From a virus (lineage: Duplodnaviria > Caudoviricetes), in the IMG/VR virus record IMGVR_UViG_3300001335_000566, positions 7,427 to 71,426 of that record: a DNA stretch of 64,000 bases. One strand, given 5' to 3'. Under the pieces are notes generated by a model, which did not search any database, was not told the DNA's origin, and saw only the letters and a program-made list of their open reading frames with translations. The position numbers and the translations under genes were made by a program. Below, piece after piece: positions 33,701 through 38,755 of the stretch (position 1 is its first letter; every line of letters begins with the position of its first letter).

Positions 33701-35781
33701 TGAATAAGTTCATCCATTCGATGTTCTGCTTCGGTTTTTTGTGGTTTATTAGGATCTATTTTTTCACCAAATACATTTACAGCATTAGAACCATAAAATT
33801 GTTCTTCTTTTTGTAATTTACGCATTGAAGAAATAAATTCTTCTCGTTTAGAAGGATCTTTGACAATCATTTGAGCAATTTTTAATTTAGTCAAATCATT
33901 ATTTGATCCCCTCATTAAATTAAGTGAATTTCCACCACCAAAAACAGTAGCTGTAGTTAAAAATGCCATTGCCATTTCTTCAAAATTCCAATCTTCATCT
34001 AAAAGTTTTTCACCACTTAAGATATCATCTGCTGTTTGCAATTGTTTTTGTACTCTTTCAAATTGTGCTTTTGAAATATATGTATGTTCTCCAGTTTTAT
34101 TGTTTGTTACTTTTACATCTGCAGCCTTATAACCAATAGTCATTCCTTTATATAATTCTGTATCCGGAACTTCTGAAAACATTCCAGAAACATCACCTTC
34201 AGATTCAAATGTTTCAAATGTATAATCAGAATAAAAATCCATCGTACCTTTAGCCATTGTTAATAAAGTACCATTCATATACCTATTAAACATCATATAT
34301 CCGAATGCTTCAATACCCTCTTCAATACTTTCTTCACCAGCGGCATACATTGTTCTTCCAAATCCTTTCCAAAACCCCTTTCCAGGAGCATATGGCTTAT
34401 TTCCAAGATCCCTAAATTTACCAATTGTTTTTCCAACCATACTTTTTTTAGCAACTTCACTATGTTGGCCTACTGGAGTTCCATGTATTCCATAAGATTT
34501 TTGTGCTCCACCAATTTCTTTAGCAGCTAAATTTTTCTGTTGTGCTGTTGATATTCCTTTTCTTCTAAAATATTTACCACCAAATTTTTCTGCAGGAGCG
34601 AAAATAGATTCACTTGCCATAGTCATTGCTATATAAGCATATAATTCAGGTGCAAAATCGTCCATTTCATATCCTGCATCTAAAAAAACATCTGCTTGAT
34701 GACCACCTGCCTCAAGACCACCTAACATTGTTGCTCCCAAACGTGAAAATGCAGAGAAAAATCTTGGCCCCATGCTCATTGCTGACAAAGCACCTGCTCC
34801 AACAAATGATGAAAGCATGATACCACCAAGTTGTGTAATTCCTTCACCAAAAGAAAATAAAAATGAATTCCAATTAGCAAATGCACCCAATTCTTCATCA
34901 ACATTTTTAATCATCCATCGATTACTCCAATTCTGTATATCTATATAATTTTCATAAGCTTTGGTGTCTTCAAATTTTACATCAGGATGAAATATATCAT
35001 AATATCCTTTTGCCATTAATGCATATCCAGTTCCAATACCTTTTGCAATTGTAGGCATAGATCCAGCAACTAAACCATACCATAAAGAAGACCAGCCATT
35101 ACTATTCAACTTTCTTGGACCATTACCAATAATATCACTTGAAGAAATAAATGCTCCTGTAGGGGCTTCTTCAATAAGATATCTTCCATCTAATGTTTGT
35201 GTTCTTCTCAAATAATTATCAGCAACATCCCTATATTTTAATGGCAACATCCTCCCTTCTTTTGTAGTAAAATAATCACTATAAAATGCTGCTTCATCGG
35301 GTGTCCACATACTAATTGAACCACCTACAGTAGACATTTCAGTAGTAGATTGTACTTTTCTTTTTGTAGATAAATTATATTGTTCATCAACGGGATATCC
35401 TAATTTTTTATAATAATCAATATTAGGAAATTTATAGTTTGCAAAATTTGAAAACCTTTCTCCATCTAAATATAACGCATATAACATTTGACTGTTAGTA
35501 TATAATTCTTGTAACTTTTCATCAGTCATTTGTTCTTCACCATAAGCTTCTTTTAGGTTTGTACTAAATTCATCAAATGTTTCAAGTTTAATAGGAACAT
35601 CTTGTTTATTACTAATTTCAATCATATCACCAGGGCCCAATCCATTAATAAAAGAAGACCCAAAGTGTAAATACTTTCTTTTAGGCTCTTCTATTTGTTC
35701 TTCATTGGTAGGAATATTATCAGATTGAATAAGATTTTCTTGTTCTTTGATTTCAGTTTCCATAAATTTATTATTTAACAA
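15790..35781 (-). CDS. giant virion (ejected) RNA polymerase polyprotein, 6663 aa
   Basis: Catalytic GSDYDID (aa ~4485, nt 22315-22335); zincin HEAIH (aa ~2828) and HELSH (aa ~5288); SF1-type P-loop GYGGAGKS (aa ~1477) with IDESS and IGDDNQ; Gly/Ala hydrophobic N-terminal segments. Architecture matches crAss-like virion RNAP cargo proteins. Confidence 0.85.
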   Translation of the reverse strand: MLNNKFMETEIKEQENLIQSDNIPTNEEQIEEPKRKYLHFGSSFINGLGPGDMIEISNKQDVPIKLETFDEFSTNLKEAYGEEQMTDEKLQELYTNSQMLYALYLDGERFSNFANYKFPNIDYYKKLGYPVDEQYNLSTKRKVQSTTEMSTVGGSISMWTPDEAAFYSDYFTTKEGRMLPLKYRDVADNYLRRTQTLDGRYLIEEAPTGAFISSSDIIGNGPRKLNSNGWSSLWYGLVAGSMPTIAKGIGTGYALMAKGYYDIFHPDVKFEDTKAYENYIDIQNWSNRWMIKNVDEELGAFANWNSFLFSFGEGITQLGGIMLSSFVGAGALSAMSMGPRFFSAFSRLGATMLGGLEAGGHQADVFLDAGYEMDDFAPELYAYIAMTMASESIFAPAEKFGGKYFRRKGISTAQQKNLAAKEIGGAQKSYGIHGTPVGQHSEVAKKSMVGKTIGKFRDLGNKPYAPGKGFWKGFGRTMYAAGEESIEEGIEAFGYMMFNRYMNGTLLTMAKGTMDFYSDYTFETFESEGDVSGMFSEVPDTELYKGMTIGYKAADVKVTNNKTGEHTYISKAQFERVQKQLQTADDILSGEKLLDEDWNFEEMAMAFLTTATVFGGGNSLNLMRGSNNDLTKLKIAQMIVKDPSKREEFISSMRKLQKEEQFYGSNAVNVFGEKIDPNKPQKTEAEHRMDELIQEIDFAVEVLTNPEFDIFTDQEKQLAINNSQSIVRSGFNLASTISHIDKMIASLEKNEGIPEESIKALGITEDQLPKINIEYLKDQREKAKERFNWWTEPLNDEYVDNNKIKKRNVSEGYIAKALALLETDYHMEAIAERQAKAKIEKKMKVDDERYNERLAKEKSRILNRMKKNPAEMMSVFHTLEVSKTLGMQLNPEIFSALMHFSMTNKNSILNLHKNLIFAFAENLTKKNTQIKESFFLSPEDFQSELKTIVDEAKSLMETGDILPVQMKDDLNALKVTLDSMSFSLKLDEKNQTNIFSIQDRNAFNKVKTEIEGLFNQYKESMSLIGQVEEIDPSFENIVFKEEGGLFQQYMENENAEDVNLVSENHGGEILEYLINDVKLSSLEGKGVNTVEQVLKSFEEISKQPDGVFDDPGTAFDIINSVLEYLQDIEQYITYNHDFFQENIEKKHKMPQYSYIVNKNTNPKEDAYNFTPTRINTQSKENALAVIKKQKQRAADLREAIKEQKTNLELETTRPMFATTNIELNIFNVLVEKHANILENSKIGKTIGGRVNKIRQLLEKSGITTKDPKTKKDVKKKYKNIEELYMDYAEAKLNDNMELAHEIFQHIMKIEKELVELKDELTGKLTDVIKEIFSKSNIRYTHTREFEKTLYGKNIKTFDGILSNDGILNSIDNFYSDNEELNKGSSASFYLYFATTMLNRVNKMGQGESPTFASLYKTLYDVVKETPEGDPIFTFEQEQIIIHALGFYFNPGNDFITNNDIDEFFKASLINNTLSIRGYGGAGKSFLFVPTMLKALHKILGRKVKLTLYVPTKELSNEHNKSLAKLTDEGIIELKLELIEDLDKFSDSEADLYMIDESSVIPGILVNENSNFFKKANEEGFKTPIFLIGDDNQTNEIISVNENLEYESKIIPAGSYHLARSGEKTMPMTYVFRSGIQQINNLVSYFRDLKVHEFTGDIPITLSKKAKKDGSGVIIGAEYAMNEASVIEEFIKRLENDPTPEEAILIVLTNQDRDRIISSRQIPKKFHNNIKTLFYDIASIKKDANNNHLISGLKSESVYFAVDFMNQKWQGKDMFFPNTNAGTSVISRLGLTAISRVSKQGYIMLVGNPDNNSEAIAQQEEDTKINTFNNEETVSQFSINLRNELLDPNGRLKNLMGEDLKNETDKSENEVSKTDIDITLNLQEKEKEKVRKNTKPIIDKLIKNKASLKEINELKHISDIAYNLNNNEKVDESNQLNKTRNLMIRRGMEYALESNTTNLEVFLKAFDDYVEIYEKEVKKIDNIEGYKNTIINLLYVNQEMLNVLHDGIPVLSPTLRYKDNSTGEELIGQPLMLNVVGQVKSKNNKGEVIYIPIVDVYEVVYKYDKDTDIRDTKSWQTTLNKLAGYIYGLNESTIKVNNIYVNEVHVDEKNSKMSYTKMHLLDSKDLKSSYDKIVKILEISNPSEFNIGLATEKEIISNERILNHSLQDEGIILNNYYFDQGGNVIQIKEITVKNNKYYIYYKTEDGNIDRVSLDKFNNDFSIIGPVKVAMKFKSSSDAFVTEGEPLISMGHNIFYPEGTPSLDISKLTNAFSKDQNNTILKARHIVSFHINKSKGLHVKRVMFKDSLKGVWIDSKTGKMKHNHEFVNKKNGRFPVVTVIDDNLILSIIANSTELSTLLNITSKTKKADKLKLFKSNGLHIIGVDSEVEIDFVSKENKRGKSIYDDKKKTKELLDFLNSSENDYRSIAKEIMSDTFMSETDEVIRQNLRNMNQRRLEIMWELYNDIDVNGTLLYTNSGNILYNENGKKISFKQLENNLKGSNVKIIRNSDNTPLIQRETFYVGDEERTRFYILAYHHDHTNAVKIYLDGKQASSKDLISFFKEIEESKEIAELIEKEAKNEIEKKVVYAYIDQTDAMQFIRHNRSLIKKHLIDEFSQMGLYLYYNEKRSSIDLRGITPKQKLENLKKAISFINETLENFEKEGITDQPTFYLTPFTEKDVSDNYNNLSTNVRGLSQPSHFVSSSSGRQNSQTVKEFTDEQIEGMEEDLENKVSDEKTDDTSIDEIPDDPEYLGHAVNLEYRINLISEQKARSELKRLIGSDHLSKVYFKNGYLDINDDGFLLGRVRNAMLELSMFNDGVSLGVDEKTTRHEAIHFILLYLVNPTMATNIMNAASEEMLRKGKIINNDVDIHEYIADKFMDGDYKAKSRLGQFIMWLKRILAKFSGRYDYLQSFFEMADNGVFANNSIQEIYSEFDLEHRVSKYVSPKRVKAAYETFHTPGMTNFVANQLVTRRIMHNSEVGPVFLPNQNFKTSIIHTISTYRNARSRLIQKQDDIQRIYDYSQTDSEGNPILIFEGHVSEMTPEAFYLSSLYKNPEKTIFMNKKMNLDNPKYSGNLKAFNDYISYHLGGSVGLTIMQMALGNINLDVARYGEISTSRGQTNITIDSHRISNKDLQSGYLNMFLRSIPLYDYSYVSSEQRTRAQKNVEQELKRKKIKKDDLNYEEIYENLLENELQKMRMNLSNKRQKPHQFVSFEKLNGLLLDAASIIKGSGITPSLENLFATLRSQLESGTDAITADTIYSFLRLAGNVYSVEINVPNPLFKNVTKVGFQGVGMYSLITDPRFKELDKEHRLKSETYPYSESAWYEKEQAMRNILNAIWSNYFSVFNRMQTHIDRNTNEMITYSNSDVSMIKSNIKSNIRRETYYNGKLKKRYQSMIMPGIGQVIDIKDGKVYDVENGRTLILDITKKQIEPHHVKWLFKILGFKGDQEVIYPVINDLIAIERNKLINHLYYMLLAMKASVLVTNDIDNTLKGKPPVPSILPRIRKTDSEAIKESQTPKLYINSERVNIIYSDETVEILQELNKFYKKNGYNTEAVNKKYQQVYKDGAIQNAIIPMPEDMWQYIEDSIAKRMLLRSNKTYSRILKTVTGENAYEHTPSSFLMDLFGGTWNTTETVRNRIIGEINEGDKNNPLITVLSDGTIRYNSSLLRGKMKFDKLTIFNGIKGITKNVEYKKLTSKDYIKSFIDSMIIGSIVKDRSYFKLASMLDPMADKSIMPMAEWYESNYNSVFALKDIIRGQKIKNFKIEPHVLIEYFTDFINYYHELKNISSKAYQNTLKEAGTRKGKQLVEFFKHSNLQEFRDYIITKKGEVLPGNAITQKNNPYIEIDQTKWSKLNSDEKYALIKKKFENQFKNYLELLEKYEYKLPKSVDELWDITEEETYSEQFIWDENWHPILEAAFWSHHIFNESVSHIARKSMYEYEDIIDYVKRASGLVAPRIKYNSNEQIGLHKQMRVLVTTDLEDYHKQDNSRVESTDGLSILNPITRELLYRAAGGVYGNVNRGMLKNVLYNVDHKTNNLTYFKMAQMPITEIEYRNSNSMRDLTKMMLGELGNVIPADYKHLFPKLSNTEAKKTILEWLDIDFDAGIQIAADFIQSKEGKTYLNKIVDYVVFESAFKSGKRKVNTLNGKSWEDVQFDVKLNNEENVIYVPTDSLGLQTVTYQNTVQSTKNIPTQLIYTIMGFSHNELIAKSLNSSLKALTEYGLEKIPQGHDKTIKFLKNLAYENGLGHRSLKLMEIAFGKNAGINIAPDAHIQNLIKHINDYLKPSMHGNQYVQAPQSFKLFFDEKGRPYMPADIGKFDRDIDENFGAARKLDPFHYDENDQAKPAEVIIPFHYMREFGINFNMSLQESLTFNFGDESIYFYGFTPQEIKNALKGKDLIEALDNMDENQAKSITRGVPIENLKPEFLEKYFFDYLIKFNLALETIGVRIPTTGGASAFIAKVVGFHNRADNTVYVSAQKNSWDGSDYDIDALQLYFKTLDDKGIITEDGYYEAKGIAKMENIIFDTIWEFYNNKANKPLISQKIDIQSLRDRANKLDYSKYNASDIGSAIQIREFNKAGNTLVGHFANLQNAIFRFLSLESEFNKYSKSKKKAFGEFALFNNKEKALESLYFITKLINAATDNAKEGGLLGRLNITEETSPIIAGMIFLGKSEKEILDILLENEELVEKSIKADNSKSDQNTSKRLYELLEDETLKKYAYIGEQIRRFTNIISIQQGVKPTLWELKQTVNNLSLALGGNLENLFKGTESKRTFIGRTYDQQMAWVKENDHVSLNEIHEEEIRKTFNIATIVGLSPILEEYVYAIYRVNNKIDMTFTITSNIEVKEQILKKVGATDFFYQDTFENYYKEITRAYQGKMISEIIGHINVGNNFTKDYFNKNFLKEPNEVIDYLDYYINYNGFDLSSTVGRTYFFMMFPYIVRELKNGIYKNNQFIKRTVVEQYTEKETYLIAKFEESARMDLVEKDFYKNHYDMLPEDIKELFRVYQLLRYGFSNINGSFFDLIDSKYETKFEQWIEEYPWEDFKESQQDIIARGQLGGKIKDRPMYATTRGRYGIKHTGKKKGNKEIENIEKEGKEELEESPHLAKDYTKEFYVYLYDPILTSMNGYFNTSVVGSDKVYHRLGFEDIIKLSHGETVELISYVDNGIVSAESVQFNEGEIDGRPISYQLTKLPDNSYVIIIEESANTLSIRPSKIEDNSLSEISHTAETVIPSEFVNSIVNMMHRVFPNIKMEKVDTAFLASLGHPYSNAVIHNGVLYINYERIKFSTPLHELSHIFLSIIEHYNPNLYSKLKNSAENYLDSELADRIKQKHPKLSDENVLQEIMAYIIGFNSQGMMEELMMKYGVSEVKTLASKIINSIQSFIQDIRNSIMHFIQMVFGIEFKNIENLEQMTIEEVGDYLFKALKNGKAISYISTDSFNLIKDTSIGFREETFIKSVKSLTDLYEHAVNPISKTVNVNIDRELMLLKDQIANSGGVYYDFVKNEEIEFTNVYDPINNDALLNIINNRLDNSEKTKDNIIAYYNDGGKPGKSEEYFGINLKKEKPNVSIDVLRKLNHQMSFDPVVKTMRYSDLKKDASLSFLYHEDFKGFDPVISILAQSENHIVISIHDVNTLNVKTYDKRSDKLLFKNFFKAGEAQQKRFKLTNDEMTVRKLMLALLVNKIRQENSTVSVMDVGVINFNNKDSERFLVDMPYFNKQLKILASNEEFMNLFDNEKIKRVLKGKLYDVNNDTEGIMITTYREWARDGRIDKGMFHYIREEENLSVNEKLDILNRRLLTIFERNPENDSFSIKEKREVKMILEAIKAIKLVKMADGQYNELTDLDTVSKLFDANSIGADNVQEVHRIINESSRKIVLKFNDQKKKVNVLLDKAKKLYLKEHPGANVEELVFNLSGKIFEKIFVKIPDITGNRMLNTGFIYWTDNENEAKGIAKEHAKQARKMIAEDYNFKDWLEIGRGFVEIIHETYLNSIVHHRRMSTGFNGFWDAEADKLYDTESAQREIDENNTHYVKGMVPLMTQSTGEMMSKGFKGVKGALGKRFIEITDLEELYDIRNRDRTHDYNDHRMIGDSFFWQFGYGKKNAPASELGVKLRTDAMLGIFKDINEGVLASGQNKVGWKILNEAKDINSKMSTNMEMIMNYFMITTIRNEVYEEEVMPAINGIKLLLRDIDENTSTEMQKTIDYINVYTEQAIKGRRNVWKGEMGEKLDKGLRLSMAVTSPMVMAFNPNIAMIGATANALFAWTEAIGNTMVKDGNLYNAADLAKASTLFFSHKRKVGQLLQQLQVMNMTERDLISFRRRQKLPKTLISSYASNWTNWAADYYARGVIMVAQMIHDGSWNAYSINSDTGLVDYNVKKDRRYYNEDGTQSKEQKALMNHKKQRLIIDGVWGQKENDPLVSGYDLMTTRKFKALADKYVVGSYDALSKSVIAQNVLGKLFSMFNVWFISRVSNAFQKGEHIETLGDWRISHDEKGNVIYDEHGEPMVQFEKEFVEGYMRTITRYMGILLRYGKFDYKNMTSNDKRNFMKFATSVALFFIMRALYLGLVDDDKDKDKSAKLFWSKMNFDKPIPNWRLIRNVMYSYESLLVLPTAIRTINEPFAVFQILRNYIFDRNNKMSFNNYPGKAAITAFKEPLHAMYTGDIYDEDTD

Positions 35782-37759
35782 CTACCCGATTACTTAAATC
35801 ATCTTCTTCTTTAATAGCCCAATTTAATTGTTGTGCTTGTGCGTCAAATGCTCCTTGATCTAAATCAAAACTTTGATCATCAGTTTTCATATCTATATCT
35901 AAACTATAATATGGTAACATCATTTCAATCACAAGAACATAGGCCGTATTATCAATAAATGGGTTTTTATGAAAAGAACCAGAATTGCGTAATTCTGTTA
36001 AATTCTCATAGTTTATTTTTCTAATATTTAAACTTTCTTTTTCTGTATTAGATAATTCATTTATAGATACTGTTTGTTCTATCATTTCATTATTTATCAT
36101 TCTTGGTACTGTTATCATAATTTTATCTAAATCATCACTACCTTCAGGTACAACGACATTAGCAATTACAAAAGGACTGAATTGACCAGGAGAAAACTCA
36201 AATGTTTTACCTAACTCAACTACGTTTCCAACATATGCATCATTTAATCCTTCTGTATTAAATGATTTGCCCCCAACAAAAGCGGTTTTAAATTTCGTTA
36301 GTTTTTGATCATGAAGAGTTGAAATTCTATTCATCACCAGCGGTTTAATTGATCTGGTTTTTAATTCAACATATGCTTGTAAAGGCGTTCTGGCAATTGC
36401 TACAGATTCATCTTTTGCAGCATTTTCTTTTTCACTAATTGTAACCCATCTTGGATCATCATAATCCGGATAAGATCCTATACTTGAAAATCTACCAAAA
36501 CCAGTATGTTTATTATTTGTATTTTTGGCAGGTACTATTTTGCTTTTTTCTATTGTAAGTGGAGTTCCTTTATATCCTTCCAACACATAATAATCTTCTC
36601 CATCAGGATTCACGACATATCTTAAATCTTCTTGACCAACATAATATAAATTATCATAATAATATTTGTCTTTTATTTCATCATCACTTAAATCCTTAAT
36701 TTCATCTTGATGTTCTGCTTTCCAATTATTATAAGATAATTCAAAATTATTTTTATTAATATATTCTGCTATTGTTTTATTAATTATAGCTTCTTTTTTT
36801 ATTTGTTTTTCTTCTTCAGAATATCTGACACCTTGGTTTTTTGCATCTACTAAAAGATTATCATAATCATTTTTTGCTTTAATAAGATATTGTTTAAACG
36901 ATTCATCGTAATCATCAAGATTTTCACCGTTTTTTAAATTAAGGGATTTCACCAATACATCATTTAAATTAACTGCACTTTTTAAAACTTCTTCATTAAC
37001 ATTATTAACTTGAAATAATTCTTTTTTAGTTGTAAGCCCAGAAGCACTTACAAACTTTATACCATCCCAATTATCTCCATTAAAAGTAAAATCTATTATA
37101 TTAGCATAATCTATTGATGTACCTGATCCCAATTCTGCTGTTGTTTTACTTGTTTGTTGATATCCTTCAATAAGATGTTTTCTCATTTTATTATTATGTA
37201 AATCCTGAAAAAATAAATCATCTATTACATCTTCTCTTAATTTATTTTTTTCAGTTTCTGTTTTATATAATTCCTTTTCTTCATCAGTTAATTTTGAATA
37301 TTTTTCATCAACAACCTTATCAACTAATTCAGAATTATTATTCGCATATGCATAACGTAAAACATTATATGCTTTTGTTAATTCAGGATCGTTTCCTGTA
37401 TTAATAAGTTGATAGAATTCCGTTGCAGCAGCATTAAGAGAAGCATTATTTAAATAATATGTTCTATTTATTTCATATTCGCCATCCTTTATTGTTACAT
37501 TAACAGGATAAGATACTTCTTCTTCTATTGTTCTAATTCCTTTTTCAGTTGATACAGTTTCTGAAAGTTTTCCCTCTGTTTTACTACTATCTTTTAAAAA
37601 TTCATCAAAAGTTTCGAAAAATTTTTCAACATCTTCAACAATAATATCTCGATTAGTATTAAGTTGTCCATCTTTACCAAAAGTTGGTATTTGATGTTGA
37701 AAACTTAACATTTGACCAACAGTATTTCCACTTGGAGTACCATCAAAATTAAAAAACAT
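35771..37759 (-). CDS. ejected/cargo protein, C-terminal part (probably continuous with 37827..38159)
   Basis: 662-aa ORF; the frame stays open and coding-like ~28 codons upstream of the annotated ATG. Confidence 0.6.
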   Translation of the reverse strand: MFFNFDGTPSGNTVGQMLSFQHQIPTFGKDGQLNTNRDIIVEDVEKFFETFDEFLKDSSKTEGKLSETVSTEKGIRTIEEEVSYPVNVTIKDGEYEINRTYYLNNASLNAAATEFYQLINTGNDPELTKAYNVLRYAYANNNSELVDKVVDEKYSKLTDEEKELYKTETEKNKLREDVIDDLFFQDLHNNKMRKHLIEGYQQTSKTTAELGSGTSIDYANIIDFTFNGDNWDGIKFVSASGLTTKKELFQVNNVNEEVLKSAVNLNDVLVKSLNLKNGENLDDYDESFKQYLIKAKNDYDNLLVDAKNQGVRYSEEEKQIKKEAIINKTIAEYINKNNFELSYNNWKAEHQDEIKDLSDDEIKDKYYYDNLYYVGQEDLRYVVNPDGEDYYVLEGYKGTPLTIEKSKIVPAKNTNNKHTGFGRFSSIGSYPDYDDPRWVTISEKENAAKDESVAIARTPLQAYVELKTRSIKPLVMNRISTLHDQKLTKFKTAFVGGKSFNTEGLNDAYVGNVVELGKTFEFSPGQFSPFVIANVVVPEGSDDLDKIMITVPRMINNEMIEQTVSINELSNTEKESLNIRKINYENLTELRNSGSFHKNPFIDNTAYVLVIEMMLPYYSLDIDMKTDDQSFDLDQGAFDAQAQQLNWAIKEEDDLSNRVVVK

Positions 37760-37826
37760 TTGATTTTGATTAACATTCCTTTCGTTTAATCTTGTTTTTG
37801 TACTTTGAAGACTTTCTTTTGAACTT

Positions 37827-38159
37827 TCATAAGCTGATTTCTAATTGATATAATCTTTGTAATCCTTCTGTTGTAAGCCATTCTTGAGAATTTTCATGAT
37901 TTTTTGCTTCTTGTACTAATTTGATTTTTTCGTTTTGAAGCCATTGTTGATTTCTTGTTTTTGTTATATTATAATCCAAATTGTCTGCATATAAAAAGTC
38001 ACCTTCATATTCTGTTTTTTCTTGTTCTGATTGCTTGCTTCGTTGACTTATACTATTTCGTTGACCTGCATTATAATAAGGAGTTAATAAAGCCCCGAGA
38101 GGAGCTGCTGACGGAAGAGTTATCGGTGCCCTTTCAGGACTTATATTAACAATAGCCAT
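37827..38159 (-). CDS. ejected/cargo protein, N-terminal part (probable +1 frameshift near 37838)
   Basis: 38159..35771 spans 3x796+1 nt; removing one A from GAAATCA gives LYQLESAYESSKESLQ. Confidence 0.55.
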   Translation of the reverse strand: MAIVNISPERAPITLPSAAPLGALLTPYYNAGQRNSISQRSKQSEQEKTEYEGDFLYADNLDYNITKTRNQQWLQNEKIKLVQEAKNHENSQEWLTTEGLQRLYQLEISL

Positions 38160-38170
38160 ATTATAGTATT

Positions 38171-38596
38171 TTAAATTTTATCAAAAGTTTGATCATTACC
38201 AAGTATTGCAATTAAATCACTTGCTGTCAATTCGAAAATTATATGTCCTTTAAATATTAATCCAGTAAATCCATTAGGTTTTGTACGATAAGCAACAATA
38301 TCGCCAAGTTTAACAACTTGTTTTTGTAATCCACCTTCAGGATATTTAAAATCCGGACCAACTGCAACAACTTGCATTTGATTTGGATGATCATAAAAAA
38401 TTTCACCTGCATCCATTTTTGTTTTATCATTTACTGTATTGGGCAATAATAATGTAGATGATGCCTTTTTTCTAATAAATACTTCCTTAATAGGAACACA
38501 AAAAAATCTTCCAGGCATTGGAACCAAGTCTAACTCCTTAACTGTTTCTTTCATGGGTTTAGGATTCAACCCTAACTGTTTTACTTTCTCTTTCAT
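38171..38596 (-). CDS. groES: GroES/Cpn10-like co-chaperonin
   Basis: LVPMPGRFFCVP...LLLP...QVVAVGPD...VKLGDIVAY...SDLIAIL follows the GroES pattern. Confidence 0.75.
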   Translation of the reverse strand: MKEKVKQLGLNPKPMKETVKELDLVPMPGRFFCVPIKEVFIRKKASSTLLLPNTVNDKTKMDAGEIFYDHPNQMQVVAVGPDFKYPEGGLQKQVVKLGDIVAYRTKPNGFTGLIFKGHIIFELTASDLIAILGNDQTFDKI

Positions 38597-38706
38597 AATT
38601 TTTTTAATTTAAATTAGTATTAAAATGATAATAATTGCTTTTGCATTTTGGACAAAACACTTTACAAGACCTTTTTTCTGAGGAATATTTGTTTCCACAA
38701 TTCATA

Positions 38707-38714
38707 CAAATATA
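38707..38714 (-). promoter_or_regulatory. Bacteroidota -7 promoter element upstream of groES
   Basis: TATATTTG on the minus strand in a 160-nt intergenic gap; no clear -33 element. Confidence 0.45.
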
Positions 38715-38755
38715 ATTTCTTTTTTTTTTATTAACTTTCTTTTTTAATCTTTTCA

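Noticed and set aside
16633-34820. Many 60-90 aa ORFs antisense to, or nested in, the giant RNAP gene (and similar ones elsewhere)
   Set aside because: Shadow ORFs expected from AT-rich codon bias; no start context or recognisable motifs
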